From: a virus
DNA length: 39,582 bases
Reading direction: 5' to 3' (one strand)
IMG/VR virus record: IMGVR_UViG_3300045988_038540
In this document: positions 1-6,571 of the stretch, piece after piece
Layout of the letters: each line of letters starts with the position of its first letter
How positions within the stretch are numbered: position 1 is the stretch's first letter
Position numbers and translations under genes: made by a program
Notes under the pieces: model-generated
What the model saw: the letters and a program-made list of their open reading frames with translations, nothing else
Database searches by the model: none
Told to the model about the DNA's origin: nothing

Positions 1-95
1 AACAAAAGCAGAATTTTATGAAAGAGCAGATATAACGGCATCCGCAGTATCCCAATGGAGGAACGAAAAAACTGTTCCGGCAGAAACAACTATAC
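1..95. repeat. Terminal direct repeat copy 1 (identical to 39488..39582)
   Basis: Read base by base; same 95-nt string at both window ends; lies inside an ORF, so it looks like assembly overlap or terminal redundancy rather than att. Confidence 0.9.
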
Positions 96-124
96 TTTGT
101 TCTATTGTTTGTAGTATAGCATGA
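2..124 (+). CDS. XRE-family HTH protein, 3' part of the junction-spanning gene (duplicate of 39489..39582 plus a unique tail ending TGA at 122..124)
   Basis: Frame continues from 39432 ATG across the repeat; ...KLTKAEFYERADITASAVSQWRNEKTVPAETTILCSIVCSIA*. Confidence 0.7.
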   Translation, partial: TKAEFYERADITASAVSQWRNEKTVPAETTILCSIVCSIA

Positions 125-171
125 TAAGCCATAGCGTGCAAGTGAAAATATGCGCTGAAATTTTGTGAAAA

Positions 172-297
172 TTACTGTTCTTCTTGTTCAAGAAGTTTTT
201 CAAGCTCTGCATGGATAATCAGCATTGCGCCCAGGATCGCGGATTCCCGGTCTTTGCGGGTATCAAGCAGGGCAAGTAAGGATTCTCTGAAAGTCAT
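172..297 (-). CDS. Small hypothetical protein, 41 aa (MTFRESLLALLDTRKDRESAILGAMLIIHAELEKLLEQEEQ)
   Basis: Not in the ORF track (below the size cutoff); ATG at 297 is preceded by GGGAGG with 7-nt spacing; helical, charged sequence. Confidence 0.35.
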   Translation of the reverse strand: MTFRESLLALLDTRKDRESAILGAMLIIHAELEKLLEQEEQ

Positions 298-397
298 GGT
301 GCTGCCTCCCATTATAGATTCTACTATATGGGGAATACAGTCGAAAATTGCATGGAGACGTGCAACAAAAAATAAAATTTTTGAGAGAGGGAAAATT

Positions 398-646
398 ATG
401 AAATGCCCTAAGTGTGGAAGCGAAAACGTCAGCGTTCAAATGGTAACCGAAACGCAGTTAGTAGACAAACATCATGGAATTATATGGTGGATTTGCATTG
501 GCTGGTGGTGGATTTTTATTAAATGGCTTGTGTTTACACTTCCTGCGTTAATCGTAAAAATTTTTGCGCCCAAAAAACAAAAACTGAAACAAAAGCAAAA
601 ATCTGTGTGTGTTTGCCAAAATTGCGGGTATCATTGGGAAGCATAA
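398..646 (+). CDS. Zinc-ribbon membrane protein, 82 aa
   Basis: Internal ATG at 398 follows GAGAGAGGG; CPKCG...CQNCG pairs flank a Trp-rich transmembrane segment (IIWWICIGWWWIFIKWLVF). Confidence 0.6.
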   Translation: MKCPKCGSENVSVQMVTETQLVDKHHGIIWWICIGWWWIFIKWLVFTLPALIVKIFAPKKQKLKQKQKSVCVCQNCGYHWEA

Positions 647-698
647 AAAATCGCCGTCAGGTCTCCCCTGGCGGCGTACTTCTAAGGAGGTGATCCTC

Positions 699-1715
699 TT
701 GAAGCTCCCAACAGCCAAAAAGATTCCATCCGGTAACTGGAATGTTAGCGTTATGATAGCTGGGGAGAGAATATCCATTACCGCCCCAACAAAAAAAGAG
801 GCAGAAAATCAGGCGGCAGCGATAAAGTCCGGAGCCAAAGCGGCCAGGAAAAAGACTGGGCTGACTGTTGGCGAGGCCATAGACCAATATGTAGAAAGTA
901 AGGACGCCGTTTTGTCCCCAGCCACGATTGCCGGATATAAGAGGATACGTACGAATGCCTTGCAAGACATCATGGATATTGATTTGGACCGTCTCACGCC
1001 GCAAATCGTCCAGCGGTCTATCAATATGATGGCTCGGAATAAATCTCCTAAAACTGTCCGAAACGCTCATGGGCTATTAAGTGCCACATTAGCAGTTTAC
1101 AGGCCAGACATGGCCCTTAGAACCACTCTCCCGCAAAAGGTACGCTATGAAATTTCTATCCCGTCAGACGATGATATAGGCACCATCATGAATGCGTGTA
1201 GGGGCACCGAAAACGAGCTGCCGATCATGCTTGCTCTCTGGCTTGGTTTGCGTATGTCCGAAATCTTAGGACTACGGTGGGAAGATGTTGACGGTGATGT
1301 CCTCCACATCCGGCGGGCAAAAGTGGACGAGGGCGTCAAGACGACCAAAACATATATCTCCAAACGGGACCTTGATCTCCCAGAGTATCTTCAAAATTTG
1401 ATTGCAGTAGCACCGCATAATGGGGAGTATATTGTAAATCTTTCACGCCGCGCCCTGTATTGTCGATTCCAAACCATCTGCAAAAAGGCTGGCATCCAGC
1501 ACTACCGCTTCCACGATCTGCGCCATATTAATGCCTCCGTCATGCTGGCCCTTGGAATACCAAACAAGTACGCGGAGGAGCGCATGGGACACGCCACCGA
1601 CAATATGCTAAAAACCGTCTACCAGCATACAATCAGTTCCGAACAAAGGGCAACGGCGCGCAAAGTAAATGGCTATTTCGAATCCAAATTGCAGATAAAT
1701 TTACAGACAGATTAG
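699..1715 (+). CDS. int: Tyrosine site-specific integrase
   Basis: TTG at 699 lies 8 nt after GGAGGTG; LRMSEILGLRWEDV, HDLRH, MGH and VYQH give the R-H-R-Y recombinase pattern; followed by a tRNA-like attP. Confidence 0.9.
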   Translation: MKLPTAKKIPSGNWNVSVMIAGERISITAPTKKEAENQAAAIKSGAKAARKKTGLTVGEAIDQYVESKDAVLSPATIAGYKRIRTNALQDIMDIDLDRLTPQIVQRSINMMARNKSPKTVRNAHGLLSATLAVYRPDMALRTTLPQKVRYEISIPSDDDIGTIMNACRGTENELPIMLALWLGLRMSEILGLRWEDVDGDVLHIRRAKVDEGVKTTKTYISKRDLDLPEYLQNLIAVAPHNGEYIVNLSRRALYCRFQTICKKAGIQHYRFHDLRHINASVMLALGIPNKYAEERMGHATDNMLKTVYQHTISSEQRATARKVNGYFESKLQINLQTD

Positions 1716-1755
1716 AGAAAACCCTTTATTTCCAATAGTTTTATTAGTTATCTAT

Positions 1756-1783
1756 CGGGGTTCGAATCCCCGACGGGTCACCA
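1756..1783 (+). other. tRNA 3'-end fragment (T-arm, 3' acceptor strand, CCA); candidate attP core
   Basis: CGGGG-TTCGAAT-CCCCG then ACGGGTC-A-CCA; no matching 5' acceptor strand (GACCCGT) about 70 nt upstream, so it is not a whole tRNA. Confidence 0.7.
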
Positions 1784-1790
1784 AAGCAGA

Positions 1791-1825
1791 AAACCTCGTA
1801 GCCGTGACGGTTGCGAGGTTTTTCC
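1791..1825 (+). terminator. Rho-independent terminator after the int/tRNA fragment
   Basis: AAACCTCG...CGAGGTTT stem with inner CCG/CGG, followed by a T run. Confidence 0.6.
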
Positions 1826-1907
1826 TTGTGCCGCAGTGCTTTTAGCCGTTTTCAGTTTTCTGAAAAATATCACTGTTCGTTATATGTCTTAACACAAAAT
1901 CATATAA

Positions 1908-1937
1908 ATTTACATACAATTACAGATAAAATTACAC
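1908..1937. repeat. Three phased A(A/T)TTACA direct repeats (spacing 10 and 12 bp); possible integrase arm-type or bending sites
   Basis: TTACA at 1910, 1920 and 1932 in the AT-rich tract next to the attP core. Confidence 0.3.
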
Positions 1938-1943
1938 ATGAAA

Positions 1944-1967
1944 TCCGCCCCCATTTCTGAGGGCGGA
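1944..1967 (-). terminator. Terminator at the end of the minus-strand cargo operon
   Basis: TCCGCCC/GGGCGGA stem; T-rich tract follows on the minus strand; sits just past the stop at 1976. Confidence 0.6.
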
Positions 1968-1975
1968 CTTTGACT

Positions 1976-2317
1976 TTATAGAGCTCTGATTTTCCGCATT
2001 ACCCCATTATATACTCTCGGGTTAGCAACTTGTAGCGTGTCCATCAAGTCATCCATAATGCCCCATACCTGCTCCTCGTTTCTCCCTTCAATCTCGCGGA
2101 GAAATTCGCTGTCTCCGTATCTCCCGACCTCTACAGGTATTTCAGCCGGAGCCGCAGAATAGGCTTGCTCATAGGTACGACTTTGCATTTCCGGTTCTTG
2201 CTTCTTCATCTGGTTCTTGATGGTGTACAAGGTTGCTAATTTAGCGTATGCGGGATAGCTGCTCTCTCCGTACTCCAGACGAGCAATCTCAATGTCGATC
2301 TCTTTGGGGTCTAGCAT
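1976..2317 (-). CDS. Hypothetical protein, 113 aa (cargo gene h)
   Basis: ATG at 2317 is 6 nt after GGGGGTG; the track start at 2326 is a GTG overlapping that SD. Confidence 0.6.
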   Translation of the reverse strand: MLDPKEIDIEIARLEYGESSYPAYAKLATLYTIKNQMKKQEPEMQSRTYEQAYSAAPAEIPVEVGRYGDSEFLREIEGRNEEQVWGIMDDLMDTLQVANPRVYNGVMRKIRAL

Positions 2318-2332
2318 AGGGGGCACCCCCTA

Positions 2333-2752
2333 TCAATCCCGACCCAGTTCGGACATAAAGCGGCGAATGGCGTCGCGCTCCCTCTCAGTAGTAGCGTTAT
2401 CCATCATCTCCTGAGCCTGCTCCATCATAGCCTCTTTGGAGTCGTGGCGGCTGTATCCACCCATGCGCCCATCCCGGCTATAGCCACCACGCCCGTCCCT
2501 GGAGTAGTGCCCCCGGACATAGTGTTTTCCACGATTTGCATAGCTAGAGCCGCGTCCATAAGACGCACCTTCATAGTCGCCAGCTTCGGAGTATCCCCCA
2601 TCCTCCTCCAGTGCGCAGATCTTGTCAATGTTCTTGATGGTATCAGTCAGCTTGTGGACCAGCTCCAGGTCACCGGCCCCCATCTCGGGCTTGCGGGCAA
2701 TCTCGTCCAGTTCGTCCTGGAGTTTGTCTTTCAGTTCATAGAGTGCTTTCAT
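2333..2752 (-). CDS. Hypothetical protein with a coiled-coil N-terminus and a Gly/Arg/Tyr/Ser-rich low-complexity centre (cargo gene g)
   Basis: AAAGGAGAG RBS; repeats of the type GGYSRDGR, GHYSRDGRGGYSRDGRMGGYSRHD. Confidence 0.65.
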   Translation of the reverse strand: MKALYELKDKLQDELDEIARKPEMGAGDLELVHKLTDTIKNIDKICALEEDGGYSEAGDYEGASYGRGSSYANRGKHYVRGHYSRDGRGGYSRDGRMGGYSRHDSKEAMMEQAQEMMDNATTERERDAIRRFMSELGRD

Positions 2753-2766
2753 GTTGTTCTCTCCTT

Positions 2767-3189
2767 TCAGGCCACACGCTCAACAATAAAATTACTGTTG
2801 GCTACCAGAATAGGCTGTGTGCTGGTGTTCTTTGCGGCGACAGTGACGCAGCAGCCGCGAGGGACATCTACCACAGCGGCAACATAGATATTGAAGAAAT
2901 CCTCTGCGGCAGCCGGGGTGATGGTAGCGGTGGAAGCATTCAGCGCCTCACCATTGATAGAGATCGCTGCCGTGATGGCCTCCACGGTCCCGCCAGTAGG
3001 GACAGCAATATTTGCTCCAAAGGAGACTTTGAATTTTGCCCGGCACTGGTTCGTGAGCCCGCGAAGAGTCACCAGCCCAGCGCCTTCTCGATGCACAATG
3101 CAGGGCTTGCCTGTGTTGGCCTCCTCAGTAAAAGGCACGTTCTGACCAGCGGCAACGGTTACGATTGCGCTGTTGCTGTATTCAGCCAT
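2767..3189 (-). CDS. Beta-rich protein resembling the BclA C-terminal/TNF-C1q-like jelly-roll domain, 140 aa (cargo gene f)
   Basis: Start MAEYSNS at 3189 after GAAAGGAA; alternating beta pattern (VTVAAGQNVPF...GLVTL...FKVSFGANIAV...ISINGEAL...NIYVAAVVDV...VTVAAKN); fold call is by resemblance only. Confidence 0.4.
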   Translation of the reverse strand: MAEYSNSAIVTVAAGQNVPFTEEANTGKPCIVHREGAGLVTLRGLTNQCRAKFKVSFGANIAVPTGGTVEAITAAISINGEALNASTATITPAAAEDFFNIYVAAVVDVPRGCCVTVAAKNTSTQPILVANSNFIVERVA

Positions 3190-3301
3190 AAACTTCATTC
3201 CTTTCAAAAAGATAGCGGCGAGGCTGTTGCCCCGCCGCATGGTTCAAAATCGGCACGGGGCCGAACATTCCGGTCATGCCGGAAAGTTGATGTATTGGGT
3301 T

Positions 3302-4006
3302 TTAGCAGCCGCAGCCGCAGGGGTTGCAGCCACATCCGGCATAAGGATTGGGCACCTGATAGGCCGGGACAGGCATGGGATTGATTCGGCGGATCAGCTC
3401 GGCAGTCTGCGCTTCCTGGTTGGCGGTGAAGAAAGCGTTCTGAGCCGCCTGAGAAGCCTGGAACTTCAGGCTCTGGTTTTCAGCCGTCAGAGTAGCGATC
3501 TTGTCCTGGGTCAGGAAGTCCAGGATCGCTCTGCTGTTGGCGTTGGCGTTGTCGATGATGTCCCGCGTGCTGGACTGGATGGTGTTGCGGGTATCGCAAG
3601 CCTGAGTAGCCATGTTGTAATTCACGCCATCAACTGCCCGCTGGGTCTGGCAGCAGCAATCCTGCAGCTGATACCCCAGATTACAGATGGAATTATCAAC
3701 ACTGTGGAAACCGTTGCTCACGGCATCCCGGATGGAGGTCTGGCCGTTCTGGAGACCGTTCAGGGCGAAGCCCTCGTTGATGTCGGCCCTGGTGGCCCAA
3801 CCCTGACCAGAGGGAGAACCCAGGCCATTGCCGGAGTTACCACCCCAGCCGCCGCTATAGCCGCCCCAGCCGAACATGCCGAAGATCAGGAACAGGATGA
3901 TCCAGGAGGCCCAATCGCCGCCCCAGCCGCCGAAACCGCCGTTTCCGCCCTGATAGGCAGGAGTCACGGGCATGGTCATCACAGCGCCGTCAGAAGAAAG
4001 ACTCAT
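3302..4006 (-). CDS. Gly/Trp-rich single-pass membrane protein with an Asn/Gln-rich helical region and a C-terminal GCGCNPCGCGC tail (cargo gene e)
   Basis: AAAGGAGA RBS; GGNGGFGGWGG-TM(WASWIILFLIFGMFGW)-GGYSGGWGG; CCC motif; Cys-rich C-terminus. Confidence 0.7.
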   Translation of the reverse strand: MSLSSDGAVMTMPVTPAYQGGNGGFGGWGGDWASWIILFLIFGMFGWGGYSGGWGGNSGNGLGSPSGQGWATRADINEGFALNGLQNGQTSIRDAVSNGFHSVDNSICNLGYQLQDCCCQTQRAVDGVNYNMATQACDTRNTIQSSTRDIIDNANANSRAILDFLTQDKIATLTAENQSLKFQASQAAQNAFFTANQEAQTAELIRRINPMPVPAYQVPNPYAGCGCNPCGCGC

Positions 4007-4058
4007 TGTGTTATCTCCTTTGTAGATTTATTTTCAAAACCCGGCCGGGATTTTGATT

Positions 4059-4098
4059 AAATGGTTTGAAATGGTTTAATAAATGGTTTGGAAATGGT
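4059..4098. repeat. Four phased AAATGGT(TT) direct repeats (starts 4059, 4069, 4081, 4092)
   Basis: Read directly; about one helical turn apart, in the 145-bp gap between cargo genes d and e. Confidence 0.8.
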
Positions 4099-4114
4099 AA
4101 GTACACTTTGCAAA

Positions 4115-4158
4115 TTCACTTCACATTCTGCGGAAAGTGAAGTTCACTTCTTCACTTC
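4115..4158. repeat. TTCACTTC x3 with an ACTTCAC/GTGAAGT inverted repeat
   Basis: TTCACTTC at 4115, 4143 and 4151; 7-bp stem 4118..4124 / 4137..4143 just downstream of the stop of gene d. Confidence 0.7.
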
Positions 4159-4373
4159 CCAAACATTCCCCGCATCCCTTCAAACACACCTGACATCTGC
4201 TGGGCCTGCTTTTGGACCTGGTTGAGCTGGTCCTGAGTAATGCGGCCAGAGGATACCATCTCTTGTATCATGGCGTTGGGGTCTTTGCCCCGCATCTGCT
4301 GCATGAAGGATTGAAACTGCTGCATCATGTTGGGCTGTCTGTTGCCGCCCATTGCCTGGAAAAAGGGGTTCAT
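4152..4373 (-). CDS. Small Gln/Met-rich hypothetical protein, 73 aa (cargo gene d)
   Basis: AAAGGAGGA RBS; ATGA overlap with the upstream gene. Confidence 0.65.
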   Translation of the reverse strand: MNPFFQAMGGNRQPNMMQQFQSFMQQMRGKDPNAMIQEMVSSGRITQDQLNQVQKQAQQMSGVFEGMRGMFGK

Positions 4374-4840
4374 TCCGCATCCTCCTTTGTGGTTGTTTTC
4401 TTTGTGGTTCTGACAGGCATCTCCTTTACCACTGTTAGCTCATTCAGACGAGCCTCCAGAGCTTCCACGCGGGATAGTGGTGCATACTCTACTACAGGAG
4501 GCTGTGAAGCCTGCACAGGCTTTTGAGTGCGCTCCACAAGATCATAGACTTTGATGGACGGCTTGCCAGAAGCGTCTGCTTGCTTGAGATAGATGGTGGG
4601 AGCGTTGCTGTCCCAAAGCGCCACAGCACTGTTGGGGGCCACCAGATAGGCCATTGCCTCCGCTTCCCCGCTCACCCATACCATGCTTTGCCCACCAGTC
4701 TGCGCCTGCTGGGGCTGTACCTGCGGAATCTGCTGGGGAATGGGCTGATACTGTGCCCCACGAAGCTGTGCAAGCTGATCCGCCATAGGCGGCTGATAAT
4801 ACGGCTGATAGCCGGGCATATATTGATATGGCACTAACAT
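4370..4840 (-). CDS. Hypothetical protein with a Pro/Gln/Tyr-rich N-terminus, 156 aa (cargo gene c)
   Basis: ATG at 4840 forms an ATGA overlap with the stop of the upstream gene; MLVPYQYMPGYQPYYQPP... Confidence 0.6.
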   Translation of the reverse strand: MLVPYQYMPGYQPYYQPPMADQLAQLRGAQYQPIPQQIPQVQPQQAQTGGQSMVWVSGEAEAMAYLVAPNSAVALWDSNAPTIYLKQADASGKPSIKVYDLVERTQKPVQASQPPVVEYAPLSRVEALEARLNELTVVKEMPVRTTKKTTTKEDAE

Positions 4841-5220
4841 CAATCCTCCATCCAGTAATACAACACGGTCTTTCCGCCGCTGTTCCAAGTATCTACGATG
4901 CGCCCGTCAAAGACGCAGACAATATGAGTGTCCAATGCTAGCAGATAGACGCCATAGGGATGCTGATGAGCGAACTCCTGCACAGTTATATCCTCGTACT
5001 CTGGTAGATAGCGCCGCCAGCCTTTACGACGGAGATATTTGCCCCAAACAGGATTTCCTGACGGCATATCTGCGGCAAGGTAGCCCTCCCAGCATAGTCC
5101 CCAATAGGTGGTGTCCCAATCCTGATCTAGGGCAACGGAAATTGCCCTGACGGTGCAATCGCCTACGTTCTTTCCGTCTCTATTGGCGTTGTAATATTCA
5201 AACGTACTGTTTCCTGTCAT
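4840..5220 (-). CDS. Hypothetical protein, possible papain-like Cys/His fold (cargo gene b); start uncertain (5220 or 5235)
   Basis: GDCTVRAISVAL (candidate nucleophile Cys) and later LDTHIVCVFDGRIVDTWNSG (His/Asp); no clear SD. Confidence 0.4.
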   Translation of the reverse strand: MTGNSTFEYYNANRDGKNVGDCTVRAISVALDQDWDTTYWGLCWEGYLAADMPSGNPVWGKYLRRKGWRRYLPEYEDITVQEFAHQHPYGVYLLALDTHIVCVFDGRIVDTWNSGGKTVLYYWMED

Positions 5221-5443
5221 CGTACAAAAGCTCATTCTGTCGGATAAACCGTTCCAATCCGGAGAAGTCTCCCTCCGCCGCATACTTCTCGCAGGTGTCT
5301 CTTGCTGTGGACTCCGTGAAGCCGCAGGCCACCAGCCGGGCCACCAATTCAGCACCATTCAAAATCAAATCAAACACGTCCTTATCAGTGAAATCAGGAG
5401 GCCGCAAGGAGGGTGGCGACGTGTACCAGCCCTTGATCCTCAC
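5198..5443 (-). CDS. Hypothetical protein, 81 aa (cargo gene a); start uncertain
   Basis: GTG at 5443 is only 2 nt after AGGAGG, so spacing is poor; first gene after the divergent intergenic region. Confidence 0.4.
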   Translation of the reverse strand: MRIKGWYTSPPSLRPPDFTDKDVFDLILNGAELVARLVACGFTESTARDTCEKYAAEGDFSGLERFIRQNELLYDDRKQYV

Positions 5444-5559
5444 GTCCTCCTATTGATATTGTCGCATAAAAAAACTTCCGCTGGGTGGCATCTATGTGGG
5501 AGATATGAGGGGAGTGTGTATTATGTATGCTGGTATCTGAAGAATTTTGCAAAAATGTG

Positions 5560-5588
5560 TTTACAAATCCCTTTCTAAATCATATAAT
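5560..5588 (+). promoter_or_regulatory. Sigma-A/sigma-70-type promoter TTTACA-N17-TATAAT
   Basis: TTTACA 5560..5565, 17-nt spacer, TATAAT 5583..5588, about 100 nt upstream of the NYN gene. Confidence 0.65.
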
Positions 5589-5594
5589 AAGGGA

Positions 5595-5663
5595 GCAGAA
5601 AGTATCATGTCTTTCTGCTTAGACTAAGACGGGGCCCGTATGGCTTTCGAGCCAGCGGGCCCC
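5595..5663 (+). promoter_or_regulatory. Structured 5' leader with two stem-loops
   Basis: GCAGAAAG/CTTTCTGC (5595..5618); GGGGCCCG-TGGCT-ttcg-AGCCA-CGGGCCCC (5631..5663); each followed by TTAGAC. Confidence 0.6.
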
Positions 5664-5689
5664 TTAGACATTTACTGGAGGGATAAAAT

Positions 5690-6277
5690 ATGGGAAGGGC
5701 AATGGTCTTTATTGATTTTGAAAACTTCAATATCGCTATGATGAATTATTATCGCAAAATCGAGGAACCTACTGCCAGATTAGATTATAATAAGTTCCCA
5801 CAGAAAATTGTCAGCCTTCTTCCAGGGAACCATACCCTTGAAAAAACTTTCTTGTGTGCCCCAAAGCCAGATGAATTTCTTATGCAGGATGAGCGCAGGA
5901 AAAATACATATAACTGGATAAATGGGTTGAAAAATCAAAAATATTTTACCGTAATCGAAGGGCAGCATATCGCTCGGAAGGTTTATGGGAAGGAAATGGA
6001 TATTCATGACAAGTCAACTTATTATGTAGAGGAAAAAGGAACCGACACCAACATGGGGGTTCATTTAATAGCAAAAGGCTTTTTAAATGCGTATGATGTT
6101 GCTGTTATTGTGAGCGGAGATAGCGATTATATTCCGGCGCTTGAAATTCTGAATACTATCGGGAAAATAACTGTTGTTGTGGGTGTAAATGGGCAAAATA
6201 TGACTAAACTTAAAAATTGTTCTGATGATGTGCTTATCTTAGATAAAGCCTTTTTCGACGAATGCCTACGAGTATAA
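5690..6277 (+). CDS. NYN/LabA-like (PIN-fold) nuclease domain protein, 195 aa
   Basis: GGAGGG RBS; VFIDFENF, EEKGTDTNMGVHLI and VIVSGDSDYIPAL match the Asp-containing NYN (PF01936-type) motifs; visibly AT-richer than its flanks. Confidence 0.8.
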   Translation: MGRAMVFIDFENFNIAMMNYYRKIEEPTARLDYNKFPQKIVSLLPGNHTLEKTFLCAPKPDEFLMQDERRKNTYNWINGLKNQKYFTVIEGQHIARKVYGKEMDIHDKSTYYVEEKGTDTNMGVHLIAKGFLNAYDVAVIVSGDSDYIPALEILNTIGKITVVVGVNGQNMTKLKNCSDDVLILDKAFFDECLRV

Positions 6278-6283
6278 AAGATA

Positions 6284-6317
6284 GGAGCCGGGTCAATCCC
6301 CGGCTCCCTTATTTTTG
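6284..6317. terminator. Bidirectional rho-independent terminator
   Basis: GGAGCCGGG/CCCGGCTCC stem; T run on the plus side, A run upstream gives a U run on the minus side; shared by convergent genes. Confidence 0.7.
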
Positions 6318-6553
6318 TAAAGCTGTTTTGCTACATCCTTAACCCTCTGGAATATATACTTTTCGTGATCGCTAACTGTGCTACGATACCAGCCCAATTC
6401 TGCCGCTACATCAATTTGATTCCACTTATCGATGATACGCCGCCTTGCGATCAGTTCATCGTCTGTATAGAGTGCTGCCTCTTCAATAGCTCTTTCCAGC
6501 TGAGAGCGCAAGAGTTTATCCGGCGGATCAGGCAGTTTCACTCTTGCGCTCAC
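6293..6553 (-). CDS. Small HTH protein resembling sigma-70 region 4
   Basis: GTG start after GGAAGGA; IARRRIIDKWNQIDVAAELGWYRSTVSDHEKYIFQRV. Confidence 0.5.
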   Translation of the reverse strand: MSARVKLPDPPDKLLRSQLERAIEEAALYTDDELIARRRIIDKWNQIDVAAELGWYRSTVSDHEKYIFQRVKDVAKQLYKNKGAGD

Positions 6554-6571
6554 AGTCTCACGTCCTTCCTC

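Noticed and set aside
1-95. The terminal 95-bp repeats as attL/attR of an integrated prophage
   Set aside because: The repeat lies inside an intact ORF. There is no host-like flanking DNA. The integrase-adjacent tRNA fragment that would mark att is internal, at 1756..1783.
1700-1783. A complete tRNA gene after the integrase
   Set aside because: Only the T-arm, 3' acceptor strand and CCA are present. No complementary 5' acceptor strand or D/anticodon arms could be read upstream.
4037-4054. AAAACCCGGCCGGGATTTT as a bidirectional terminator
   Set aside because: The palindrome can form only a ~4-bp stem with almost no loop, which is too weak to call. It is noted only as part of the repeat-rich gap.
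5603-5623. A six-codon leader ORF (ATG TCT TTC TGC TTA GAC TAA) in the NYN leader
   Set aside because: It has no RBS and lies inside hairpin 1, so it is probably fortuitous.
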